Below, one piece after another: positions 1 to 13,277 of a stretch of 64,000 bases of DNA (position 1 is its first letter; each line of letters starts with the position of its first letter). Below the pieces are notes generated by a model. That model worked only from the letters and a program-made list of their open reading frames with translations, was not told the origin of the DNA and did no database searches. The translations under genes and the position numbers were made by a program. The DNA lies in the NCBI GenBank assembly GCA_043228905.1, contig JBHGNT010000008.1, positions 5,022,001-5,086,000 on the forward strand, given 5' to 3'. The stretch is from Azolla caroliniana (taxonomy: Eukaryota; Plantae; Polypodiophyta).

Positions 1-1062
1 CTGCAGCTCCAGATCGCCTAGCCTCCTCGGCGGCTTGGGCGTGACGTGGACGGTACGCCTCCAGACGTCCATACACTCCCCACCTAAATTTCTTTTTTTT
101 TTAGGGTTTCTCCTCTTTCCGACGCCCTTTTGCAGTACCGAAGTTAGGGTTAGGGTTAGGGTTAGGGTTAGGGTGGGATTTCTTTTTGTTTGTTTTTTTT
201 TGCAGTGCCGAAGTTAGAGTTAGGGTTAGGGTTAAAGTCTTCGAGACTAATTTCCCCCCCCCCCCCCCCGCCCTCCCCCCCTTTTTTATAGATAGAGACA
301 GAGAGATTGATTTCCTTTGCTGAGAGAGTATTTCATAAGCAGAAATAATAGGGTTAGGAATCAAATCTTCCTTCAGAGAGATAGAGACTGCAGACACAGA
401 TTTGATTCCTGCACGAATGCATCATTTAGGGGGTCCTGATTACACACTTGGAGAGAGGATCAGGTTTTGGGGGATAAATCAACGCGTGCAAAGAGGAGAC
501 AAAGAATTAGGGTTACTGTTTAGCGGTTGGAACAGGGAGGAGGGAGGTTTCTGAACAGGTGTTAAACCGATTTAAGGTTCTATGAAATGGTTTTAGTGTG
601 TTCTCTTTACGACAAAGAGAGGATAAGTTAGGATTAGGGTTGCAGCAACAAGAGAGAGTTAGGATTAGGGTTAGGGTTAGGGTTTTCTCTTTCTCTCTTT
701 TTTTTTTGGTGGATGGACAGAAGTTTAGAGCTTCTTTTCCTTTCTTTCTTTTTTTTCCCTGAGTTTGTTGTGCATGGATTTTTAACACTAGGGCCAAAAA
801 AGTCAACGCACCATTTTTATTTTTTTATTTTTTTTGCATTACCAAATTTTCAACGCAAGATTATTTCATTTGACTTTTTCAACAGTTGCTCTTTTTCATT
901 TCGTACCATGTACCTCTTTCTACGAAGGGGGGGGGGGGGGGGGCGGAAGTCATCATTTTTCTTCTCTAACTCTAACCCTAACCCTAACCCTAACGCTTGC
1001 TCTTTTTAATTTCGTGTTCGGTGGCCGGGGCCCAAGGGCCCAGAAGGCTGTGGCACCCCTCG
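1..1062 (+). mobile_element. Possible non-autonomous Helitron-like element, 3' end
   Basis: GC hairpin GGGCCC-AA-GGGCCC (1028-1041) followed by CTCG|T at 1059-1063, where the low-complexity TTAGGG region ends; the 5' end is not visible and CTCG deviates from the CTRR consensus. Confidence 0.3.
143..993. repeat. Short interspersed (TTAGGG)n/(CCCTAA)n tracts with poly-C and poly-G runs
   Basis: GTTAGG x5 at 143-172, further tracts at about 213-233, 627-640 and 657-684, and inverted CTAACC tracts at 966-993; C-run at about 254-281 and G-run at 927-943. Confidence 0.9.
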
Positions 1063-1620
1063 TAAGCTTCCACCTGACCCCCTCGTGTTCCCTCAGCCTC
1101 CCTCCTCCTGTTTCCCACCTGGACAACACGTGGATCCCATGGGGAACCTTGTCCTACCCAGACTACATGTGCTACATGTGGAGCCATCTATCCCGCCCAC
1201 CTTCTCACGTGGATCCCTTAGAAACCCGAATATCCCTCCTCTTCAGCAGTAACACTTGAAGAATTCCTTCATGGTTGATTGGGACTGTAGCTGACCATAC
1301 ACTTGTAATAGGACTGTTAGGGATATTTTCTTACGGAGCTTATTCGAGGCTTGGATCATCTCTCTAAGGATGGATATATCTAGTTGGTAATTACTGGTCG
1401 GTGATTTTTTTTGTCTAATATACATGGATGGGCAACTCTCACATACAGGTGACACCCAAAATCATGGACGGACGCTTGAACACATGTAATAATAGCCCCA
1501 CTACCTCTTATCTTTCAAAACACACGCGACCTCTACAAATTAGCTACATGCATGCATTCAACTATCAGAAACTACATCTTCTTATGGTGGCATTGACATA
1601 CTCGGAAATCCTAGGCTACC

Positions 1621-2006
1621 TGTTGAGCGGCAACCTCAACCGGATCCGGATCGACTGAATAAGCCTGAGCCGGATCGGCATCCAGAAGGGTGAGCCGGTG
1701 AACTGGGGAGCCGGTTAACAGGATCAAGTAGTAACCGGAAGCCAAGTAGCAGCTAGTCTACTAGGGAGTTAATATCTCGTAGTTAGTGTCAAACGCTCAT
1801 GTGAGCATTGAAGTACATCGTACTTCTGTCAGTCCAGATGGACTTGTATAATAGTGTTCACTGAACACATACGATGTACAAACTGAGTAGTCTTTTTTTA
1901 ATTGAGTTTCTGTGTGCTCTCTCTCTGTCTCTCCCGCGTATTGTTAAGCTCTCCATTAAACCTGTTTTTTGTTTTCTATTGCTTCCGCACGCTATTTGTT
2001 TCTACA
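1621..2006 (+). mobile_element. Solo LTR of an Ale-like Copia family
   Basis: TG...CA termini; 5-bp TSD CTACC (1616-1620 and 2007-2011); similar to the reverse complement of the LTRs at 19289-19704 and 24835-25236 (TGTTGAGCGGCAA..CTCAACCGGA; GTGAGCATTGAAGTACAT). Confidence 0.9.
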
Positions 2007-5000
2007 CTACCCAATGAAAACTGGCTTAAACATACCCAACTTCTTACGATCCGCATGTCCACATTTCTATATAGAGAAACATGAGAAGAAGAAAGCCCGA
2101 GGGTCTTAAGAGATGCCCTACGTTTTGAACCTTCCTATATGAAGCCCTCTTTGTGGAGGATTAATCCACCCCACGGTTCTAGGCTACACATTATTGATTC
2201 CTCCCATCGCATAACAAACCTTACTAGAGTACCACTTTGGCACATCCTAGGACCTTATAATAACCGTATCTTTATGATTGATATCTTGACATGCCACATG
2301 ATCGTCTTTGTCATCATTTTCCTCCAAGGATAGGGAATCGGGATCATTATGTGTAAAGTTTAAACCCTCTATAGCAAATGCTTTCAAGGACAACTTTAAA
2401 AACCCTTATGATTGGATTATGATTGGATATTTTTATGAATATAAGGCACAATTCTTCTATTCCATCTTTTTATGTCCCACTCAAATGCAAATTGTATCTT
2501 TATATTTGTAAATAGTTTCAAAATGACCATTAAAACTCCCCATCATATTCACATTTTAAGTCATTTGGTATGCTTACATGTGTACATATGACCCATGAGA
2601 TTTTTACATTCAGGTTTAATGCATGAATGACTTTCATTATCATTAACAACATCATGATTACATGTCGAAGAAGTATTATTAGTGTAGTGGCCCTACTTAT
2701 GTCCACGCCTTTTCTTCTAGTTCTCTTATTTCCATTTTTTGAAGTGCCAACTCATTTAGAACAACATAAGCTTGAAAATGTCATGGTTTCAAGCATTGTG
2801 CTTGCAATGCAGTAACATTAGGCCTTATAAGATGATCGTTCAATGTTGATGCCACTTTTCTAGCCATATATCATAATTTTGCTCAACAAGAGAGCCATTT
2901 TAATCCACCTTTGTGTGATTATGTAGAAATTGGGAGGAAATTTAGATGTCATACATTGGCTCAAGAAGGATGTTATTTCATGTTCCCCTCATATTTGATG
3001 ATCACATTTTGTGGAACATATCTCATTAGGAAAGTTGTCCCCCTTATCGCAAGTGACCCATTTCTAACATTTCATACCTCAAGTAATAACATTATGCTTC
3101 CCAAACTTCCATTGACTTCATATGCTTGCCTCTTCCACTCTCGAAAGGATCTATGAGCTTGCATTTCAAATTTGTCTATGGGATGCAAAATTGGATTACC
3201 TTATGATGTATTGACTAGTATTTTAATGCTTCATGGCACATATATTTTATTTGAGATGATTTTTGCATTATTTGTATTAATTTTAATCGCATGACACTCA
3301 ACAACGATTTTTTGGCACCAAGAAACCTATTCTCGTTTTATACAAGATGGGTGATCACCTAGTAAAAAACATGGATGATCAGCCTAGCAAATTTCAGCTT
3401 TATTTCTTCATAGTAATTCATCCATCGTTGCGGTAGAACTTTTTTTTTAAACTTATTTATAGTGCAATTGTGTTATTAGAAACAATTTAAACCAAATATC
3501 TTGTATTGTGATGTAGGTTCTAGTAAGTTGACAATCTTGAATAGTTAGTAACATTGTGCTAAGGTATGCGTACGAGTGCATATATATCCATGTACATCTT
3601 GAATATCAAATTGTGTTGAACATGGATTTCAACAGAATCAAGTAGTGGTTGGCTTGAATTGATCGAGTTTGTTGAAGGTGTGAAGAAAGAAAACTAAGGT
3701 AAAAAATTCTTTGTACCCATGCTTGTTGAAAAGTCCTAACTTTCCAACAACTAATAAGAAATATTCAAAACCTATAACGAATGGAAATTTTCACTAGTCA
3801 TTATGCCAATCGTGTGTAAAATGAATATGTTGATTGAGGAACAAGCTAATCAAAGAACATATTTGAAATACCCTGACTTTTTCATTGTTTCCCTGATTTC
3901 CCTAAAGTTTTCGTGAATCCTGATAATGTTGGTGATGGCCTTAGACATCCATGGAGAGGGTTGTAAACCCCAAGCACATCAATTACATAAGTTGCTTGAG
4001 CAATTATAAGGTCACCTTGCGCTCCTTTTCTTAGCTATGTATGTTATTTGAGTAATGATATGGCTAATCCATTCCCCTTTTTCTCTCTTCCTAGTGTTGA
4101 TCAAGAGCATTTGGAATTAAGATAATGCAAACTCAGAAAGGCATTTGGGAAATGCTTGGGGTACTTCGGATATTCTTTTCTGTTGATTTGTTTAGAATTA
4201 ATTTTAAAACTTTACGATACTTTTTAATAGGTAAGATTGAATGGCCTCTCTTTAGAATATTTATACTAGTTTCGTACAATGTAAGCTCTAAATATGTACT
4301 AGATCTATTGACTTAACTTTATACTTTTTCTACAAGACTTTAACATAAACTAATTAGAGATAGTTTATCCGAATTTAAGCTTGGATTTCCAATCTAATCT
4401 TTGTGCTTTGTGACAATGCATGTCTAACTCATCCACAACGATTCTTAAATTTCTTGGTGTCACTTCGAACCAACGTACTAAACAAGTATTTGTTTATGAG
4501 TGAAAAGCCTTTCTTCCAACGTGCAATTTGTTTTTATTTTATATTGTTGAGGTTGATCGAATGACATTTTGATAGGATGTCAACATCATTACAATAGATT
4601 CAACTTGCATTAAGGTTTCAAGGACATCATGTGACAAACTTAGACTTTGGCCCATCTAGAATGGTCAAATTAACAATTTTCAAAAAGCTAAGTGTCAAGT
4701 TGAAATTTGGAGTGTAAATTATTGCATGGGATAGAAACGTACTATTTCTCGAGTCTAAATGAATCAAGCCTAAATGGAACATTCTTGATTAAAAGTCAAG
4801 AATAAGTTATGAATGTACAAAAGCATTTGGGTCTCTGTTAACAATTCTCCCTTTTAAATTAATTTCAACAGTAGCCTATTCTATCTGTCAAACATCTTGT
4901 CATTATGGTAGATAGCAAACCTCTCTCTTTTTTGCTTTTTTTCTCTCATTTTAGGATTAGAAGTAGAATTGTTTTTCTCACGTTCCTTCCATATACATAC

Positions 5001-7397
5001 ATAACATAAGTTTTCAAAAGGAGTTTATGAGATTTTAACGCGATGTTGGTATGAATATTGTTGTTTTAAGTCAAAACTAGAGGTCACGTACAAAGGTTGA
5101 AACTAGTTGAAATTGTATTGGTCCTAGACATTCTAGTATTACCGTAACCTTGTAATTATGAAATAAACAAATTTAGAGGTGTCTGTGGAGCCACGTATGT
5201 CGGATTCCATGACAAGAAATTGATCCCTGTGTACCATGTACATCCAAAAGAGATGTTTGACTTTGAAGTTTTTCTTTTCTTTTCTTTAGTTAACCCTCGC
5301 AATAAGGCTTGATTTTTGGAACGAGTGTGGATGTGATACAATATCCTTTGCCACTTGGTGCTTCAAATGCACAAATTTTAAACTAATGACATGCTTTTCT
5401 TCTCAGATTGGAGCAACTTTTCTAATTATAATAAAGCAAAATGGTTAGATATGTACGATTGAACCTAAATAGTTTGAAAAACATATTTTACAACTAGTTG
5501 CCCAAGAAGTTTCGTTTCATTTCTAATTATTATAAACACTGGCATTTAGATATCGAATTTGTGGCATTCTTTAATGAACATGCTGAACTTTAATATGATA
5601 CGCTTATATATATTCAGAAAGGAGAAGTTATTGACTGCACGACTTAAACGTACAATCCTTGAGTTTTTCTTTCTAAATATTGAACACAAGTTTAACCAAA
5701 GCTTTGTAAGACATCTAGATGGTTGCGTTTCTTTACGCACCACAAATCGATAATTTTGAAGGAAGATTATATATATACATATATATAACATAACATGTTA
5801 TGTGTCCTATACAACCAATACATTTGGTCATTTAGAGCAAAGACATAGGTTCCTATTGGCCATGATGTCGATATGCCAATATGGAAAGATGAAGTTGAAG
5901 GTACGACATGTGACCAAACTTGACAATTTCGGAATTGATCTTGAGAGAAAGTGTTTTAGATTGTTGAAAGCCTAGAAATATGTTCATTCATTGGCGCTCT
6001 TTATAGATATACACATACATACATATATTTAACACAATAAGTTAATGGAGAAGGAGAGGTTATAGAGGGCCATACGACAATGAGACTTTCTTTGCTTAGT
6101 TGTACTTATGCAACCACAAGTACAAAAAATAAAGACTTTTTGACACAGGACAAATAAAGTGCTACATTATGTCAACGCCTTAACCAAAGAAACTTCCTAG
6201 AAAATGCACAAAACTTTGCAAAGCATATAACAACCAATCATATGTTACCACGTTAGGTTTCCCTTTCACTTTGTCGTGTGCCCCTCGCAAGTCCTAATTT
6301 CGTCAACACTTTTTGTTGCCTCTTTTTGCGCCACGTGCAAGTTTTCGTTCCTCATTTTGCCCATTTTTGTCAAAGCTTTTGAAAAAAAAATACTCAAGGT
6401 TGCGTCACCCACGATGTATCTGATAATGATCTCCATCCAAGATTCCAATAATTTTGGCAACCACTGCTCTCACCCCATTACCAAATAGACTCTGACTCTT
6501 CATGCACCCTCTTGCCTCCCACCTCCTTTGTTTACTTTGTGTCAATTGAATTGTGCTTATGAACTAAGGTTCGATAAAAGCGTCGGTTCATGATTAAACC
6601 AAATTTCTTTACATGCAACATTTGATGAAATTTCTCTTCTTGAAATCATATCATTACTAAACATAGCATCAACTTCTATGATTACTAGACCAAACAATGA
6701 CGAGAAGATAAAGGGTCACACACACAATTGGTGTCGGAATGTGTACAATGCGCATGTCCTAGGCATATGAACTTAGGACATGGTATCTAAAACACAACCT
6801 TTTATCACATAAATTTTGACCAATGGAAATATATACAATGGTTCTTGATAATATGTGTGACTCTGTGAGCATGTCCCATTAAGGGCAAAAGTAGAGAGGA
6901 ATATGTAAAAACATTGTTTGTCATCCAAAAACTTCTTATGTATCTTACTGTCCACACATTGAGACAATATCATCTCCTATGCGACACTTTTCAATCATGT
7001 AAAAATTAGATGTGGACAATTTGAAAAGTTCAGGTGTTCTTATATGCATTAAATGTGAAGCATACTTTGAGTGGATCTCCTAGTAAAGAGAATTGACGTA
7101 GGAATTGATAATAATTGGTATATAGCACGGGAAATATCATCATATATTCACTTCAACTATTCTGAAAAAAAGCGGCAAATTCTCATGTCAAAACAAACTA
7201 AATCTAACAAGAATCTTTAGATGAATCCAACACGAAACCAACCTTCGCCATAGACATTAACATTGCAACCTTAATATTGCAAAGTACGATCTTTACCATT
7301 ACATCTCCACGTCTATAAAATTTCAATACTACAAATATAAGGAAACATTTTTTGGGACTCAATCAAGTAAAGGAGTCGTTTCATTTTGTCTTTTAAC

Positions 7398-7560
7398 GTG
7401 TATTCTCTTTATTTTGTATTTCATTGCAAACTAAAAATATTATCATATTTGTGTATTGTCTTTGTTTTGTTACTTGTATTTCATTGCAAACTAAAAATAT
7501 TATCATAGTCGTGTATTGTCTTTGTTTTGTATTTCATTGCAAACTAAAATATTATCATAT
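7398..7560. repeat. About 55-60 bp AT-rich tandem repeat, about 3 units
   Basis: GTGTATT..TTGTATTTCATTGCAAACTAAAA(A)TATTATCATA occurs three times. Confidence 0.85.
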
Positions 7561-9996
7561 CCTTGTTGATCGTCGTACAATGAAATTTCTTCCAATTGGC
7601 CTACCTTCGTGTTTAGAATTAATTATAAATGTGAATTTGAATTAATGGTTCTCAAAAGTTGAGCAAACCTCTTGTCTTTTTAAATATATTGGCCCTTCCA
7701 ACCTTGACAATCTATACAATTTTAGAGACCATGCTTTTTCCACTTCTTCCATTATTTCGTAATAAAAACATGAAATTTATCCAACCACACCTTGGACAAA
7801 AGTCATACTAATGTCTTTTCCGTTCTTCTTTAATGTCTTTGTGAGAAAGTGATCAATTGTTTCCTCGCCACCTTGGGGAAAAAGTCACATGGGTCATGGA
7901 TAGTACTTTTATCATTAGGTGATTGGCTTGAAAGTTTATGGTTTTTGTAATGGATACTATATGATAATTTCTATGCGTTTTCACATGTTCCTAAAGAAAA
8001 TTGTTTACCCGTACAGATTTCTGTTGAAAAGGGAGAATAAATTTTAATTCAAATCATGGTAGATGTTTTCCTATGTTTTGGATTTCGCATTAGAAGAATG
8101 AAAAGGAGTATAACTTTGTCTAAGTATGGTAACATATGGTGACTTAAAATAACAACATGGCTCATACTATATTCTAAACTGAACCATTTGAAGCACGTAG
8201 TGTAGATCTACATATATTAGATATAAAAAATATTATTAGTGCAGCATAGGTGGGTATAAGAACGAGTAAATGGTTAGATGTTGGGGTTATGGATTATTTC
8301 AATGCATTGAAATCTAAATTAAGAATGCTAAAGTAGTCAAATTATATTTACTCAATAGGGAAAACCAATATTTTTGCGGTTGTCCTTTAGTCAAAGCTTA
8401 TGTAGATCCAAGACAATTTGATCAAAGGTGATTGAGATGCTTGACGCGCAATGCTGCGTGCACATCTCCATCAAGTGCGAGGATATCATTATTTCAACAC
8501 CCATGATGGGAACAAGTTGTAAACACGTATACTATTTAATTTTAAACATGACTTCTACGTAAGTTTATCGTTATTATATCCAAACTTTGAAGATTTAAAC
8601 TTATAAACTATCAATCATGGCATGCTCGAATTGAAAGAAGTATCGTCACATTATTGAAGACTTTATTGGCATCAATACTTTTCGCATGATAAAATGCATG
8701 GAAATGGACCACGATGGGATGGAAACTTGTTCTTTCCATATTATAAATCTTGGCTTTAAAAAATATTTAATTAGGCCAATGAAATGATATAGAGAATTTC
8801 AGAATAAATATGGCAACAGTTATTAGTAATCCTTTTGGAGCAAAACACATCGATACACATATAACACTTGCATTTACATAAATACGGAGATGCTTGCATC
8901 TAGATCCACACCTACTATATTTTACTAACATCACATAAAATTAGCTATTGAATCCTAATGAATTATAGTTATATATACCATTAATTGCAGATATACAAAA
9001 CAAAGAATGGTATTTTGATTAGTTCGTTGGAGTTCACATTACATTAATGGAAGATAGAAAAGTCGTGTTGGTACAATTAGAAGTCTCACATTTGACATGA
9101 TCCAAACATGTAAATAGAGGTATATACAAAACTTTCTACCTTTTCTACTAATGGGCATTCTTTGTTGCATACTTGTCGACGAGGTGGAAGAGACATTGCT
9201 TTCTTTTGCTTAAAGGGTCAAGAGAAGATAGATTCAAAGTTTGCAATGGATGTGTGTTGTTCATTTGGAAAAAGATCAAAATTTGATCACATTTCTATCT
9301 TGTAGTGTGAAAACAACACATTTTGAAATATGTGAGTATTTGTACATAATCCCATTTAACAAAATTAAGTGTTGCTCTATTTGATAGACCTACCTATATG
9401 GCTCCTCGACATTAACCAATTTCATTTGGACATTCATATTCACTTTTGCTTGTTGCAAAAAAGTTGTACCATCATTAATGTTATGGGGCTTACAAATAGA
9501 TACATCATGCCAACTACATAAAATTTGCAAGGACATGAAAAAGCTCTCTCTTGTTGTCAAATACCCAACAATTCACTAAAAATTCCCTCTAGAAGTAAAA
9601 TGTGCAAACACGAATTCAAGATATGTGAGTAGAGGAGCAAAAGAGTGTGTAAGATAAATTCACTCAACTTGGTAGAGTTTTGGTTTCTTCATTGGGTATC
9701 ATTACTAACTTGGCACAATGGTTCTCTTGCTTGATCATTGGTGTGGCCCACTATGCAATAACAATAGTTTTTTACTTCCATTTCAAGGTAGGATGCTGTT
9801 AATTTCAAATTAAGTGTTTTTTACAAGCATTCAACACCATCATTTACATTTCCAAGAACATATTTGAGTTGATATTAACCCCTACCAATAGGAGTAGTAA
9901 CTATTTGCAACCAATAGGAGTAGTAATGTGTTTGTGGAATGGATACTTTAGATTATGCTTTAAGATTCGTGTGCAAAATTGACACCATCGGATCAA

Positions 9997-10905
9997 TGTA
10001 GAACTGTAAAAGTGAATTGCAGGCCTCTTATTTCTAACATGGTTAATATATTCTAACCCAATGGTCTAATGCAGTAATTCTATTCTAACCTAACTATAAT
10101 TATCTAACCGACTATCTACATCTAAACCCATATATTCCAACACAATATCGACATCTAACCCATATATCTAACTCATATATATATTACGCTTCATCTACAA
10201 ACAACTTTATACAAGATTCATGCCCCTTTTTATAGGTAAGCATGTGATGATACAACACCGAATCAAATCTGCACATACTTTCAGATCATATCTCTTCATC
10301 AAGAGTCATAGCTATTTGAACCTAATCCCTTTATTTCTAATATTATTTCGGCCACAATTTATACTAATATTTTATCTATTGATATTCCTCCGGCTTCACA
10401 TTGCTTCCTCCGAATTGACTTCACTTTGAATTGGCTTCGGTTTATATACTATAGCCAACTCTTATCCGTTTCGGCCTACTCCTTGTTAGCTTCCCACTCC
10501 TAAGGATAACACATGGCATGCATGTGAGATAGTGCCTTGCAAGACGAACCCACAAAAAGTTCTCGAGCCTTCATCCAAAATATGCACTGTACTTGGCTCC
10601 GGGTCCTTGTTTTCACTGTCGATCGTTGGCCCCCGCTCCCCTTTGGATTGGATCGGCTCCTCTACGGTGTTTTCTTTGTCGGCTCCTAGTTTCGGCGGCT
10701 CTTCCTCTAACCTCTTGATCAACTGCTCCATTTGCTTCGTCAGTTCCTCAAATTCAATATTCAGCATGGCTTGTTCTTCCCTTGTTGACTTTGCGAGTTC
10801 CGACTGCATCTCATCTACTTCTCCAAGTGACTGTTCCTGGTCATCGATTCTTGCCCAGGTTGCCTTTCCCCCTTATGCTTATCAATCGGTTGTTCCTCCT
10901 CACTG
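9997..10905 (-). mobile_element. Degenerate LTR-retrotransposon remnant (putative LTR 9997-10400 plus coding relic)
   Basis: TG..CA-bounded AT-rich block with CTAACC-rich subrepeats, next to the coiled-coil/charged ORF 10486-10809; no partner LTR or TSD seen. Confidence 0.3.
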
Positions 10906-11578
10906 ATCAATACTTGCTCAGGCCGACCTCTGTGTAAGTTGGGAAACAATCTCTAGAGGGAGTTATATGAAAGGATGCACCCGGGTCGATTACCCAAGTA
11001 CACACTTCACTTGTAAGATTTGTGCTTGCCTGCTCACAAATGAACAAGATCTCTTCTTCACTTGTGGCTATGACAAATGTGCCCTTCTCCTCAGAAATCT
11101 TTCTGGGTTCGACATCTTTTGAGGCACATTTGTCCTTTTTAAGGTGTCGGCAAACCTTTTGGAAGTTTCTAGGCTTTCCACAATAGAAACACTTACCTCT
11201 AGACTTGGACCTGGCTTGGGATTTGTCCCTCTGTATGTTCCTTACTCTATTGGTATGTTGAGGCACATTTGACTCTGACTAGGATAGGACACCCTTGTCA
11301 TTCCTTCTTGTCTTTACAATTTGTAGAAACAAGTTCTCTTCTTGACGTGAGGTGCTGAGAGTCACCACCAGGTTCTCCCAATTGTCTGGCAGGGTACACA
11401 TTAGAAACAAGGCATGTATAACATCATCTAGGGGGAACTTGGCTACCGCAAGTTGCTTCACATACCCCATGAATGTGTTGCTTCCACTATGCTTTCTCTG
11501 TCCCTATACTTTAGTTTGACTATCTTTCTAATCAAAGATGTCTTGTTGAGGGCATTCTTCCTGTCATACATCCCTGAC

Positions 11579-12049
11579 TGTCATGAGATGGCACTATCCC
11601 GAGTGTCATGATATGGCAAGACTCGAACCCATGACCTTATGTTATATGGGTCGAGCTCTTGACCATTATACCATCTATTGTAATACGTAGGATATTATTT
11701 TCATTTAAGTTTTATTATAGGAAATTAATGTATATTCCACATTTCTCTAGAACATTCTAGAAGCTTTAGGATTACTCCTGAGAACACTATAAAAGAAGGC
11801 ACTAGGCATTATGTTGAACCAAATTGGTTCAACGCCAGTCTTAAGCCTCTTAGCCACTTTGTACTTATCCTTCACATACTATATTAGTTGTTATCATCAT
11901 CATCTCTCTCTCTCTCTCATCCTCGCTATCTCTCTCTCCTCTTCTCTCTTTCTCCCTCGGGAATCTTACGCAGTCCCCTCCTCTTAGTATTAATAGTACT
12001 TCTCTTCTTTAGTACTAATTCTCTCTCTGCTTTAGTACTATTCTTGACA
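11579..12049 (+). repeat. 5' LTR of Tcn1-like copy 1
   Basis: Direct repeat of 16916-17386; TATAAAA at 11788. Confidence 0.95.
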
Positions 12050-12051
12050 AT

Positions 12052-12062
12052 TTGAACCAATT
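12052..12062 (+). promoter_or_regulatory. Self-priming PBS (non-tRNA)
   Basis: TTGAACCAATT is the perfect complement of AATTGGTTCAA at 11822-11832, about 34 nt downstream of the TATA box; there is no TGG-type tRNA PBS. Confidence 0.75.
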
Positions 12063-12169
12063 TTTTGGTCCTCAAGCCTACTTGTCGTTCCCCCTCATCC
12101 TCCTACCCTTTTCCCTATACTCTGGCTACTGTTAGTGCCCAAGAATATCAATCCGTTTTCTCCAAGCTA

Positions 12170-13277
12170 TAGTGCCTAAAAGAAAAATTTGTTGCCTTGG
12201 AACAAGAAAACCAACGGCTGATAGGGGATTTGCAACAAATCGCTCTAGAAAAACAACAAACGCAGCAACAACATGGGGAGTTAGTGTTACGGGTACAACA
12301 ACTCGAAGTAGCATTGCAACAACAAGGATCAAGTCCCCAAGGATTTCATAAAGAGCCGAAGATTGGACTTCCTATGAAATTTGATGGAATGTGATCGCAA
12401 TTCAGGGGATTCCTTAATTAGGTACGATTAGTCATCCAAATGCATCCTTCCCGATACCCCACTGATGCATCCCGAGTCGGCCTAATAGGCATGTTGCTTA
12501 GCGGCTCAGCCTAGTATGGTTCGCTCCGCTTCTAGAAAAACAATCGCCCTTGCTTAATAACTTTGAAGATTTTATTAGTGAGTTTAAAGCCTGCTTTGGA
12601 GACACCGACAACATCAGGACAACGATCAACAAGATCCGACGATTGCGTCAAGGCGATCGTCCAGCCTCTGCCTACGCGGCAGATTTCCGTCTACTCGCCT
12701 TAGATATCCCTGGGATGATCAAGCACTAATGGAGTAGTTTCGCCACAGCATGCGAAACGATGTACAAGATTTACTTTTAACCTTCCCCGAAGAACCAAAA
12801 TCTCTAACGGAGGCAATCAGTCGAGCGGTCCGATGTGACAACCGCCTTTTCGAGCGACGTTCCGAACGTCAATTACAAATACAACGCTCTAGGCCGGAGC
12901 CCACTTACGCCTCAGTCGCGGCTAAACCGTTTGTACGAGACATACCTCAAGCAAATACTCCGACACTGATGGAGATCGATACCATGCGTCGATGTGGCCC
13001 CTTATCGGAAGAAGAAAAGCAATGATGACATGCAAATCGGTTATGTCTTTATTGCGGTGGACCAAGGCATATCACAATCAATTGTGCCCATAGGCCAAGA
13101 AGACAGGTAAATCAAATCGTAGCTTGTACTAAACCCGACTCAGTTCTTCCCTTAGGAGTGTCTGATAGTATTAATAGTACTAATAGAGTGTCTGATAGTA
13201 TTAATAGTACTAATAGCCCAAGTATCTCAAACAAATTTGAAATCCTTAGTCAATTAGATGAAGAGTTAAACGATTGA
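12170..13277 (+). pseudogene. gag: gag of the Tcn1-like element
   Basis: KEPKIGLPMKFDG capsid start, PMEID-like motif, CLYCGGPRHITINC zinc-knuckle relic; several stops and frameshifts. Confidence 0.85.

Noticed and set aside
143-993. True telomere
   Set aside because: The tracts are only 2-5 units long, interrupted and in both orientations
3927-4120. Small solo LTR flanked by GATAA
   Set aside because: It ends in AA rather than CA and has no related copy in the window, so the match could be chance
2010-9990. Short ORFs and possible host exons in the AT-rich region
   Set aside because: No recognisable motifs; probably very old TE debris that I cannot classify
11614-11673. Functional tRNA gene
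   Set aside because: No acceptor or anticodon stem pairing; only A/B-box-like motifs
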